Positions 48,647-59,400 of a DNA stretch of 64,000 bases are shown here, piece by piece (the first letter of the stretch is position 1; every line of letters begins with the position of its first letter). Position numbers and translations under genes: made by a program. The notes under the pieces are model-generated. The model saw nothing but the letters and a program-made list of their open reading frames with translations. It was not told the origin of the DNA and searched no databases. Origin of the DNA: an uncultured Clostridia bacterium (lineage in GTDB: Bacteria > Bacillota > Clostridia > Christensenellales > CAG-138); assembly GCA_946411635.1 (NCBI GenBank), contig CAMKES010000001.1, positions 73,810 to 137,809 of the forward strand, given 5' to 3'.

Positions 48647-49066
48647 ATGGAACACGAACCGAAGAAAAACCGAATCCGGATCAATCTGCTGCTTGCCCTG
48701 GGCGCGCTGCTGTTTGCCGCGGCGACGATCGTCCTGTGGTTTCTGCTGCGTCCGAAGCCCGGCGCGGGCGGCAGCTTCGTGATCCGGTACGGAAACGGCG
48801 AAACGCTGACGGTTCCGGCGGACGAAACGCGCACGGTCGTGATCCGTGACGGGAAGCTCGTCGACGAGGCGACGGGCGAGGGCGACGAAAACGTGATCCG
48901 CATCGAGAACGGCTCCGCGCGCATGGAACGCGCGAACTGCCGGCATGAGGACTGCGTGCAGCAGGGCGTTTTGAACGCGGAAACCGCGGTCACGCGGCCG
49001 CTCGGGGCGTGGATCATCTGTGCGCCGCACCGCGTGTATATCGAGTACGTGGGGGACGGCGCATGA
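48647..49066 (+). CDS. NusG domain II-containing membrane-anchored protein
   Basis: N-terminal TM and ENVIRIENG...ANC...CV.QG...IICAPHRV. Confidence 0.88.
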   Translation: MEHEPKKNRIRINLLLALGALLFAAATIVLWFLLRPKPGAGGSFVIRYGNGETLTVPADETRTVVIRDGKLVDEATGEGDENVIRIENGSARMERANCRHEDCVQQGVLNAETAVTRPLGAWIICAPHRVYIEYVGDGA

Positions 49067-49569
49067 AGATCGGAACGCTGACCCGCATGGCGCTGCTGAC
49101 CGCCGCGGCGCTGATCCTCGGATATCTCGACTCGCTGATCCCGCTCGTGCAGGGCGTTCCCGGCATCAAGCTCGGGCTTTCCAACCTCGCGATTCTGTTC
49201 GCGGTCTTTTATATGCATCCGGGCGAGACGGTTCTCCTGATGCTGCTGAAGGTCGGGCTTTCGTCGCTGCTGTTCGGCAACCTGATCGGCGCGGCATACG
49301 CGCTCGCGGGCGGCGTGCTGTCGGTCGCGGGGATGCTGCTTCTCAAACGCATCCCGGGCGTATCCGTGATCCCGGTCAGCATGATCGGCGGGATCCTGCA
49401 CATGGTGGGGCAGTGCCTCGTCGGATTTATCCTGATCTCCGTGCGGCCCGTGATGGCCTATGCGCCGTGGCTGCTGATCTCCGGAACCGCGACGGGACTG
49501 CTGCTGGGCGTCGCCGCGCGCGGCGTGTTTTACGGACTCGAACGGTATGAAAGGAGGAACGGCGCATGA
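49063..49569 (+). CDS. Gx transporter family (heptaprenyl diphosphate synthase component I-like) membrane protein
   Basis: PGIKLGLSN, ALAGG and S.IGGILH..GQ. Follows the NusG-II gene. Confidence 0.88.
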   Translation: MKIGTLTRMALLTAAALILGYLDSLIPLVQGVPGIKLGLSNLAILFAVFYMHPGETVLLMLLKVGLSSLLFGNLIGAAYALAGGVLSVAGMLLLKRIPGVSVIPVSMIGGILHMVGQCLVGFILISVRPVMAYAPWLLISGTATGLLLGVAARGVFYGLERYERRNGA

Positions 49570-50516
49570 AACGGATCGTTCTGTTCGCGCTTGCGCTGCT
49601 GCTCCTGCCGCTGTTCGGCTGCGGGACGGAAACGCCGCATTCCGCGACGGGCTATGCCTGCGATACGGTCGTGACGATCACGGCGTACGCGCCGCAGGAA
49701 ACGGTTGACGCCGCGCTTTCGATCTGTTCGGACTACGAAAAGGTCCTGAGCAAAACGATCGAGGGCAGCGACGTATGGCGGCTGAACCATGCGAACGGAG
49801 AACCGGTCCCGGTCGATCCGGAAACGGCGGCGCTCCTTTCGTTTGCGGTCGAGATCGGAAGCCTGTCGGACGGCGCGTTCGACGTGACGATCGCCCCGGC
49901 GTCCGCGCTCTGGGACTTTCGCGCGGACGATCCGGTCCTGCCGGATCCGGATGCGCTTCGGGCGGCGTGCGAACGCGTCGATTACCGCAATATCGTGATC
50001 GACGGGAACACGGTCACGCTTCTGAACGGGGCGGAGATCGATCTCGGCGGCGTCGCGAAGGGCTATATCGCCGACCGCGTCTCGGCGTATTTTCAGGCGA
50101 AGGGCGTCGCCTCCGCATGCATCAATATGGGCGGGAACGTCGTCACGATCGGCACGAAACCGAACGGCGATCCGTGGACGGTCGGGATCCGCGATTCGAA
50201 GGGCGCGCCGGACGAGAGCGAGGAGGTCCTTTCGATCGCCGACGGCGCGGTCGTGACCAGCGGAACGTACGAGCGCGGCTTCACGCTCGACGGCGTCCGC
50301 TACCATCACATCCTCGATCCGAAGACCGGCATGCCGGTTTCAAACGGTCTTGCCTCGGTCACCGTCGTCGGTGTGCGCTCCGACCTGTGCGACGCGCTTT
50401 CGACGGCGTGCTTCGTGCTCGGCGAGGAGGCGTCGAAACCGCTTCTGGACCGGTACGGCGTCCGCGCGGTCTTCCTGTACGAAGACGGTTCGCGCGGCGC
50501 GTATCCGGAATCGTAA
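49566..50516 (+). CDS. apbE: FAD:protein FMN transferase lipoprotein
   Basis: Lipobox LFGC, GAFDVT, DLGGVAKGY, NMGGN, VTSGTYER and YHHILDPKTG. Confidence 0.94.
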   Translation: MKRIVLFALALLLLPLFGCGTETPHSATGYACDTVVTITAYAPQETVDAALSICSDYEKVLSKTIEGSDVWRLNHANGEPVPVDPETAALLSFAVEIGSLSDGAFDVTIAPASALWDFRADDPVLPDPDALRAACERVDYRNIVIDGNTVTLLNGAEIDLGGVAKGYIADRVSAYFQAKGVASACINMGGNVVTIGTKPNGDPWTVGIRDSKGAPDESEEVLSIADGAVVTSGTYERGFTLDGVRYHHILDPKTGMPVSNGLASVTVVGVRSDLCDALSTACFVLGEEASKPLLDRYGVRAVFLYEDGSRGAYPES

Positions 50517-50570
50517 AGCAAATACAAAAAAGACCTGTCCAAAGGGACAGGTCTTTGTTTTTTTTCGGGT

Positions 50571-52370
50571 TCAGCTGATCGGCGTGATCGATTCAATACG
50601 CCGCGTTCCGGCGTACAGATACTGCAGATGCGTACGGAACTTCGCCACGAGCGTGCCGCGGTATTTGGCGTCGACCGTCGTGGAATGGATCACGGTGTTG
50701 TCGCCGAGGTAGAGCATCACGTGTCCGACCTTGTTGCGCTTCTCGTTCAGCAGCACGATGATGTCGCCGCGCTGATGCGTCTTGAGCGCTTCGCGGTCCC
50801 TGCGCGGGATGCCCGGATCGACGAACGTGATGCGGCGCGTTTCGCTGACCAGCGTTTCGATCCCGCCGAATTCGGACGCCGTCATATCGAGCGAAAGCTC
50901 GTTGCGGAAGCCGCGGCGGTATCCGAGGCTGCGGAATGCCCAGTTGAGAATGCCGGAGCAGTCGTAGGACGCGTCGCCGATCCGCTTGCCGTTGCTGTAC
51001 GGCGTGCCGAGACGGTCGTAGACCATGGAGATGACGACCTCGATCAGATGCGCCTTCTCGTCGGTGACGGAGGGGAAGATGCGCCGTCCGCATTCGAAAG
51101 CGTTCGCCGCGGTCTCGTCGATCTCAACGATCGCGCCCGCGCCGTTTTCGACGGTCAGCATGCGCCCGTCGCCGAGATACAGACCGCAGCCCGTCACGTC
51201 GCCGGAGAACCGTCCGTGAATGACGACCTCGACGTCCGGAACGATCGCGTTGCCTTTTCCGGCCGTGTCCGAGAAGAACACGAGATCACCGGGCTCAAGC
51301 GCGTCGTACGAATCGATATACGCCCATTCGGTCTCGCTGCCGTCGAGCGTCACGAGGTCGCCTGCGCTGTTGAACAGCTTGAACGCCAGCGAATTGTACA
51401 CCGGTGCGATATACAGCTTTTTCGGGTACAGCGTTTCGTTGTCGAGAGGCTTCTGATAGAAGCGGTAATACGCCTCGTTGAAATGCAGACCTTCCGAACG
51501 CAGCAGATCGAACAGCAGGGAAGCCGCGTCGGTGTATTTGACGCCGACGAACGTCTCCGCGTCGGAAACGAGCGCCTCGCGCGAGAACGTGTTTTCCGGC
51601 GTTTCGCAGGATTGCCGCAGATACGTGTCGAACGTCTCGCGGGAAACGAACTGGATCTGACCGAGCTGTACGTAGCCGGTTTCTCCCTCGGGCGTCAGAA
51701 CGGCGGCGAACCGCTCGTCGACGCCGAGCACGCGGACCGGCTCGTAGTTGGCGTGCGCGGCGATCGCGGAATCGATGTCGCGCATGGAATACAGAATGCC
51801 GTGCGGCCGCACGAGGATCGCGTAGGGGCTTTCCGGCGCGGTGAGCTGCGTTTCCTTTACGGAGCGGCTTTCAAGGTATCCTTCCGCATCGGCGCCGATG
51901 GCGCGAACGTGACAGTACGCGCCGTCGTCGGTCTTGCCGAGCAGGATCCATTCGTAATGATAGATCCCGTCCATCGGCTTGAACGGCATGAACCGCTCGG
52001 CTTTCGCATCCGCGCGGCGAAGCAGGTACTGCCTGAGACCGTGCGTGTAAACGGTTTCGATCGTCTCGTCGAGCAAAAGATTCCGCTGCTTTTCGGAGAG
52101 CGCGGTCTCGCTGACCGGCACGGGCGTCGGCGTGGGTTCCGGCGTGGGCTCCGGCGTGGGCGTCGGCACGGGCGTGGGCGTCGGTACGGGCGGCGGCGTT
52201 GCGGGCACGGGCGTCGGCGCAACGACGATCGGATCGTCGTCGCCGCTCGCCGGCGTTGCAGCCTCAACGGTCGCTTCTGGCGTTTCGGCCGGCACGGAGG
52301 GCTCGCTCTGCGCTCCCGCGCACGCGCACAGGAAAACGAGCAGGATCGGAATCAATAACAGTTTCTTCAT
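50571..52370 (-). CDS. NlpC/P60 cell-wall peptidase lipoprotein with Pro/Thr linker and SH3-like segments
   Basis: Lipobox CAC and PTPTP linker. C-terminal LGTPY...YDCSG...GD...GHVMLYLGD..VIHST. Confidence 0.85.
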   Translation of the reverse strand: MKKLLLIPILLVFLCACAGAQSEPSVPAETPEATVEAATPASGDDDPIVVAPTPVPATPPPVPTPTPVPTPTPEPTPEPTPTPVPVSETALSEKQRNLLLDETIETVYTHGLRQYLLRRADAKAERFMPFKPMDGIYHYEWILLGKTDDGAYCHVRAIGADAEGYLESRSVKETQLTAPESPYAILVRPHGILYSMRDIDSAIAAHANYEPVRVLGVDERFAAVLTPEGETGYVQLGQIQFVSRETFDTYLRQSCETPENTFSREALVSDAETFVGVKYTDAASLLFDLLRSEGLHFNEAYYRFYQKPLDNETLYPKKLYIAPVYNSLAFKLFNSAGDLVTLDGSETEWAYIDSYDALEPGDLVFFSDTAGKGNAIVPDVEVVIHGRFSGDVTGCGLYLGDGRMLTVENGAGAIVEIDETAANAFECGRRIFPSVTDEKAHLIEVVISMVYDRLGTPYSNGKRIGDASYDCSGILNWAFRSLGYRRGFRNELSLDMTASEFGGIETLVSETRRITFVDPGIPRRDREALKTHQRGDIIVLLNEKRNKVGHVMLYLGDNTVIHSTTVDAKYRGTLVAKFRTHLQYLYAGTRRIESITPIS

Positions 52371-52485
52371 GGCAATCAGTTTAGCGGGGATCGGTGCAAA
52401 AGTCAATCGCGCAGATGTAAAATATTGTCGAACTCTTTACAATTTTTACCGCGTACGCTACAATACGGTCACGGAGGAAACGCGC

Positions 52486-52689
52486 ATGAAACAGGAACAC
52501 ATCGACCGCATCAACGCGCTTGCGAAAAAGGCGAAGACGGAGGGGCTGACGCCCGAGGAGACGGAGGAGCGCGACGCGCTTCGGAAGGCCTATATCGCGG
52601 ACTTCCGGAAATCCCTTGAGGCGCATCTGGAAAACACCTACGTCGTCGACGCCGAGGGCAACAAGACCAAGCTGCAGAAAAAGCGCTGA
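52486..52689 (+). CDS. DUF896 (UPF0291/YnzC-like) protein
   Basis: IDRINALAKKAKTEGLTPEE..ER..LRKAYI and GGAGG RBS. Confidence 0.92.
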   Translation: MKQEHIDRINALAKKAKTEGLTPEETEERDALRKAYIADFRKSLEAHLENTYVVDAEGNKTKLQKKR

Positions 52690-52732
52690 ACGCGCATCGA
52701 TCGGGAGACGGAGCGATCCGCCTCCCGTTTTT

Positions 52733-53294
52733 TCAATATCCCGCTTGTATGATCGAGCCGTCGACGGCGTTGATCAGAAGCGCCTGCGGCGGCGTGTCCG
52801 GATCGTCGCGGAAGCTGAGGATTCCGTGACCGTATATCCGTTGAGATCTGCGCGGCTCACATCGAAATACCGCGCATCCTCGCCTTCGCATGCGATGCTG
52901 ACGATCGCCGTACTGCCGTCCGACATCGTATAGCGCGCGCCGAGGTCGTTGACCGGCACGGAGCCGAAATCGGAGACCGGCTCCGGATCATGTGCATCCG
53001 GCGCGTTCCGGATCTGCTCCGCATACCACGCCGCCTCCGCCTTGTACTGCGCTTCGGAAAGGGATCCGATCTCGGCGGTCAGCTCGCCGTTTTTACGCAT
53101 CTCGTCCATGGATTCGTTGTAATCGTCGATCCGTGCCTGAAATTCACGCTTCCAGTCGTCCTTCGTGGTCTCGAGATGAACGCGGCTTACCGGCGTGCCG
53201 AGCAGAGCGGAGAGCAGCCCTGCCGTACCTACGGCGTGGGCTGGCATGCCGCAAGCATAATAAGGGAGAGGCACAGAATGATGATTCGTTTCAT
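52733..53294 (-). pseudogene. Internally deleted, frameshifted DUF6034-like lipoprotein pseudogene
   Basis: AAGGAGG plus MKRIIILCLSLIMLAACQPTP, then TAG at 53229-53231. Middle segment (YAEQIRNAP...EPVSDF) resembles the 4531 protein. Ends in another frame with ALLINAVDGSIIQAGY*. Confidence 0.85.
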
Positions 53295-53464
53295 TAGATC
53301 CTCCTTTCGGACGGCAGACCCGTCCCGACAGGAAAAGCGTAGCAGGAAAATGCGTCCAAAATGTCAAATTCCTGCATCATGGATGTCATATCGCTGTTAA
53401 ATCATTTTTACGAAAAAAACGGTGCGGCCCCATTCGGGACCGCACCGTTTCGGTTTGCGATTTC

Positions 53465-56400
53465 TTAATATGCGTTCGTAAGCGTGAACATGTCGTTGCC
53501 CTTCTTCGCCTCGTCGTAGAACTCTCTGTCGTAGACGGGGGAGTAGGTGGTGACGGCGATGTCGCGCGTATCCGGATCGAAGCGGAGGATCCGCATGAAG
53601 CCGAGGCCGTTCTCCTCGTCCGCGGCGTAGTTGAACGCCAGGACGTTGACCGTGCGCCCGTCATACTGCATTTCGGTACGGACCGTGCCGGACGTGCAGC
53701 TCGAAAGGATCAGGCGAACGCCCGCGTTCTTCTTTACGATCTCTTCCTCGATCAGCTTGCCGAATTCGGTCAGGCTGCCCGCTTCGTCCACGTAGTCGTT
53801 CACGAACAGGATCGTGCTGTACTTCGCGGGATCGACCGCTGCGATCTGCGCGTTCACGAAGTCGATCCGCTTCTGCTGGTCTTCGCGCTCCTCGTCGGTT
53901 TCGGCAAGCTTATGGAAGCCGATGCCGATCGTGAGGATCCCGTGCTCCGCAAAGCGGCGGACCCAGATCTCTCCGTCGCCGAAGACCGCCTGCGGATGCA
54001 GCAGACCGCGCGCCGCGAACGGACCGTAATCCATCGCGTCGCCGTCCACGTCGATTGTACCGGCAATACCGAAGTACTTGCTTCTGAGCTTGCCGAGAAG
54101 CTCAACGGCCTTTGCTTCGATATCCGCGTCGTTGAACGTGCCGGCCGTGCTGCCGGTGGTGAACGCCGCAATGACGTTCGCGTCCGATGCGCAGCCGAGG
54201 ATCCAGTCGACCATCGCCGCGAGCGCGTCGGTGCGCGCGCCTTCCTTCGCGATCTTCGCATCGGAGAACCAGACGATCTCAAACTCGCCCGGCTTCGTAA
54301 TGCGGAGCATGCCCGGAACGTATACGACGATGTAGTTGCCCTGCGTTTCTTCGCCGCTCGGCGTGATCGGGTATTCGCCGATCTTTTCGCCGGGCTCGCG
54401 CTCGAGCGTGTAGTCCACGGTGTCGCCGCTCAGAAGGCCGCTGACCGTTGCCGTAAGCTCCGGATCCTTCGATCCGAACTTCTTGACCTTGCTGTCCGCC
54501 CTGACCGTAACGATCCGCGGCGTGACCTCCAGCGTGCCCTCGTCGAGCGTGATGTCGTAGTTGTCGGCGCCCGTCGGGAAGAGAACGTCGATCGCGTTGA
54601 CGGCCGTTCCGACGTCCGTCACGGAGCCGAGTGCGCGCACGACCGGTTCGTCGCCCTTTGCAAAGCCCATGCCGAGGATCTGTACGACCGGCTTTTCGAG
54701 CGCGGTTCCGTCATAGACCTTCGTCGCGCTTTCGCTCTTCAGGATGACGGGGCGCTTGCTGATCGTAAGCTCGCCGTCGGTGACGAGGAACGTGACGGTC
54801 TTGAAGTTCGGGTTCGTGTTCTCGAACTGATCTTCGGCAAGACCCATTTCGTAAACGCCCGCGTTGATCGCTTCGACCTTTGCGGTTCCGCTGAAGGCGA
54901 AGTCGCTTTCCTTGTAGAGCGGGTTCTCGATCTCAACGTCGTAGCCTTCCGCCGCGAACGTCCGGTTGTCGAATACGTACGACGCCTTATGGCCGGTGAT
55001 CGTGACGGTCGTTTCGATCGGCAGGATCTCCTGATAGCCGTCGGTGACGAGGAACGTGACGGTCTTGAAGTTCGGGTTCGTGTTTGCGAACTGATCTTCG
55101 GCGAGGCCCATCATCGTCTTGCCCGCATCGGTGCGTTCGGCTTTCGCCGTACCGGAGAACGTGAAGTACGATTCCTTGTACAGCGGATTGCTGATCTTGA
55201 CGTCATAGCCGGTGACCTTGTGCTCGGTTCCGTCATAGTCGACCGTGTCGGTGTGACCGGTGATCGTGACGGTCGTTTCGATCGGCAGGATCTCCTGATA
55301 GCCGTCGGTGACGAGGAACGTGACGGTCTTGAAGTTCGGGTTCGTGTTTGCGAACTGATCTTCGGCGAGGCCCATCATCGTCTTGCCCGCATCGGTGCGT
55401 TCGGCTTTCGCCGTACCGGAGAACGTGAAGTACGATTCCTTGTACAGCGGATTGCTGATCTTGACGTCATAGCCGGTGACCTTGTGCTCGGTTCCGTCAT
55501 AGTCGACCGTGTCGGTGTGACCGGTGATCGTGACGGTCGTTTCGATCGGCAGGATCTCCTGATAGCCGTCGGTGACGAGGAACGTGACGGTCTTGAAGTT
55601 CGGGTTCGTGTTTGCGAACTGATCTTCGGCGAGGCCCATCATCGTCTTGCCCGCATCGGTGCGTTCGGCTTTCGCCGTACCGGAGAACGTGAAGTACGAT
55701 TCCTTGTACAGCGGATTGCTGATCTCAACGTCGTAGCCTTTGACCTCATGCTTCGTTCCGTCGTAAGGGCTCGTATTGAAATGACCGGTGATCGTAACGA
55801 CGACGTCGCCCGCGGGGGTAACCGTCAGCGTGCCTTCCTTGGTGGTGATATCGTAGTTCTCCGCAAGCGTGGTCTCGTTCAGCGCGTAGGTGAACGTGTT
55901 CTTGCTGCTGCCGACGTTCGTCTGCGAACCCGTGACGTTGTACGTCGCGCCTTCGCCTTCGACGAAGCCGTCGCCGGTGACCGTGACCGTGTCGTTCGTC
56001 AGCGGCGTGCTGTCGTATACCTTCGTGTCGTCCGCGGAGGTCATCGTGATCGTCCGCTTCTTGATCGAGAGCGTGCCGTACTCGGTTTCGATCTCCGGAT
56101 ACTGCGCCGTCACGTCGTCGCCCGCCGCATTCGTCAGCGCCTGGCTGAACGTGTTGTTCTCTGCCGCGCTGTCGCCGTAGTTTCTGACGCCGTCTTCGGT
56201 CGGCGTGATCGTGATCTTGTCGCCCGTCGGGAGCGTGAAGACCTTGCCGTCCGAACCCGCATCCGCTTCCAGCGTTACGGTCTTGGTCGTCACGGTCGTG
56301 ACGTTCTGTTCTTCTTCCTCGTCATAGCTCGTCGTCGATTCCGCAGCCGTGTATTCGACCGTATAGACTTCTTCCTTATGAAGCTTTCCGTCGTACGTCC

Positions 56401-59400
56401 ATTCCTTCGTCGCGGACGTGATCTTGATCGCCGGACGGAAGGTGTTCGTGAACACGACGCTCTCGTGGCCCGCCAGCGTTCCGTCCTTCGCCAGCGAAGA
56501 ACCGTTCGTTCCGGTGTTCTCTTCGCTCGTCGACGGAATGTATCCCGGCGTTCCGCTTTCCGTGATGCTGTACGTCGTGCCGTATCTCAGCGGAGAGATG
56601 ACGACCTTTTCGCCGTGCTTCAGCGTGAACGAAAGCGTGAATTCCGCTTTGCCGCTGCCGCCCTGCGCCGTCAGATACGACCACATTTCGCTGCCGATCC
56701 GGTCGCGCTCTGCCGCGGTCAGAAGATCCTCGGTCCCGCTCGCCGTCACTTTATTGACGTGGAAATGGAGCATGAAGTCCGAAATGTCGTCAAACCCGTC
56801 GATGTGCGGCGTGCCGATCGTCACGGTATAGAGGAAGTCCAGCTCCGTGCTGCCGCCGACAACGTTCTTTTCGATCTCCAGGCTGCATTTGTGCGTGTTC
56901 GTGATCGTATAGCCCGTGATGAAGGTCTCGTATCCGGACACGGCGTCCTCTTGGACGTAGTAGGAAATCTCTTCGTTGACGCCGTCTGTCGCTGGTTCCG
57001 CATATTTCGGCGCCGTGAAGGTGTGCTTCCAGTCGTCGGCCGCAGTAACCTCCGCAGCGTCGACCTCCGTGCCGTGCGCGAACAGATGTACCATGATGCT
57101 TGCCGGACGGTTGGCTTCGCCGCTGTCCTCCCAGATCTTCGTCACCGGGATCTCGACCGTTGTGTTCGTGACCTTCAGCTTGCCTTCCTTGGTCGTGATC
57201 GTGTAGTTGTCCGCTTTGGTGTTGCCGTTCAGCGTGTAGGTGAACGTATTGCTGCTTTCGCCGATCACCGTCTGCGAACCCGTGACGTTGTACGTCGCGC
57301 CTTCGCCTTCAACGAAGCCGTCGCCGGTGACCGTGACTGTGTCGTTCGTCAGCGGCGTGCCGTCGTAGATCTTTTCGTCGCTCGCGCTGGTCAGGGTGAC
57401 TGCGCGCGGCGTGATCTTCAGTTTTCCGGGGATCGTCGTGACCTTGAAGCGTGCGGTCACGTCGGTGCCGCTCGAATCCGTCACCTGCGCGGTGCCGGTC
57501 ACGTTGACGGGGTATTCGCCTGCGTCCTTTCCGGTGTTCTGCGCAACGATGCCGGTAACGGTATACGTTTCGCCGCCGACCGTGAATTTCAGTTCATTGC
57601 CTTCGACCGTAAAGACGGTGCCGTCGACCCGGATCTCCTTGAAGCCCTTGACCGTCTGCTCTTCGCCGTTATAGAGATACGTGCCGCTGTTCGCGACGAT
57701 CTCAACGGCCTTCTGCTCGATCAGGATCGCGTAGACGATGTTCTCGTCGTCCTCGTTCTCAACGTCGACGATCACCTTGCCGAGCGCGTTCGTGTCGGAC
57801 GTGCTGCTGCTCCTGCTCCAGCCGGCGAAGTAATATCCGTTCGGGACCGTGATGCCGAACTCTGCATGGAAGGAATACGCGGAGAGATCGGACAGATCGA
57901 ACGATTCGTTGTTGAGGATCGGCGTTTCGGTATTGGTCCATGCGGAGGGGGAGGGGTTCCATTCGATGCCGGTCTTGTCGTCGGGACGGATCGCAAAGGT
58001 GATCTTCGTCTCGGGATAGTCCGTCGCATACTGCGCGAGCAGACGCACTTCGTATTCCGAACCGGAATCGGGGCGCGAAAGGAACTCGTTTTTGATCTGA
58101 AGCTCCGAGCCGGGCTGATACAGCTTGTTGCTCGTGTCGTTCTTGATCTTCCATCCGATGAACTTCAGCGAACCCTTCTGAAGGTTGCTTCCGCCCATGA
58201 TGCAGGCGTAGCTTCCGAGACGGTATTCGTTGTCGTCGATCGGGACCGTGCCCGTGCCGCCGTTTGCGTCGTAAACGACCTTGTATCCTTCCGTGGAGGA
58301 ATACACGGCGATCAGCGTGAGCGTTCTGGTTTCGGCGTCATAACCGGGCATCGATTCGAGCGCTTCGTCGTTGAATATCGTTCCGAAATAGAACGGGGTC
58401 CTTCCGTCGGCAAGCCGCCAGCCGATGAAGGTCTCGCCTTCCTTCTGCGGATCGGCCGAAGGCTTGGCGATCTGCTCGCCGGAGGTGACGCTCACGGACG
58501 GTTCGCCGGAGAAGGTTCCGCCTTTCGGATCGAATACGACGGTATACGTGACCGGCGACCAGACGCCGTTGAAGGACGCGTCGTAGCACGGGAAAACGTA
58601 TTTTCCGGTAAAGTCCTTGATCAGTTCGCCGGAATTCGACATCCATCCGTTGAACAGATACGTAACGCCGGCCTGCGAACGTGTCGATTCGTCGGCGACC
58701 AGCGTCGCCTTCGTATACTGATGCAGTCCGAGCGCGTCGTTGAACGGAACGTTCTCAAGCATCTCCGGCTCCATGCCGAGTCCCGGATAGTAGGACAGCT
58801 TCACCTCGTTCCGATGGTGGAAGAGATGGAGGACGTCGTGACGGCTGACTTTCTGCAGCTGAGATCTGCTCACGTAGTACGGATTGCCTTCGGTGTTTGT
58901 CGGGTTGACGGTAAACGTATCGTCCTTCTCAAGGATGATATGATCGTTCCCCAGAACGGTAAAACCGTCGTGTCCGTAGGAAACGGAGAAGGTGTTCGGA
59001 TTGTTGTTGACGGAGCCGATGTGGCAGATTTCAAGATAGTATTCCTGTCCGTCGGGAGAGGGGGCGTTCGAGGAATAATCCGCCCAGGTCTGCTTCAGCT
59101 CGCCGTTTCTCTTGAGCTCAGCCTGATCGGCCGTGCTGAGGACGGGGTACCACATATAGATCTTGTAGGACCAGAAGCTTTCGCCCAGTTCGACCTTCTG
59201 CAGGGTGACCGTGACGGTTTTACCCGCAAAATTCGAGCTGTAGTTGCCGCGGTAATGCGGATTGTAGGTATCGGGATGGCAGGTGGTGGTCTTCCATCCG
59301 TTCGTGACCTTCCACTGATACTTGTACGTTTTGTCGCCCTCCGTGAACGTGCCGAGCCGGATCGGATCGGCAAGCGTTACTACCGTACCGGAGGTTTTGC

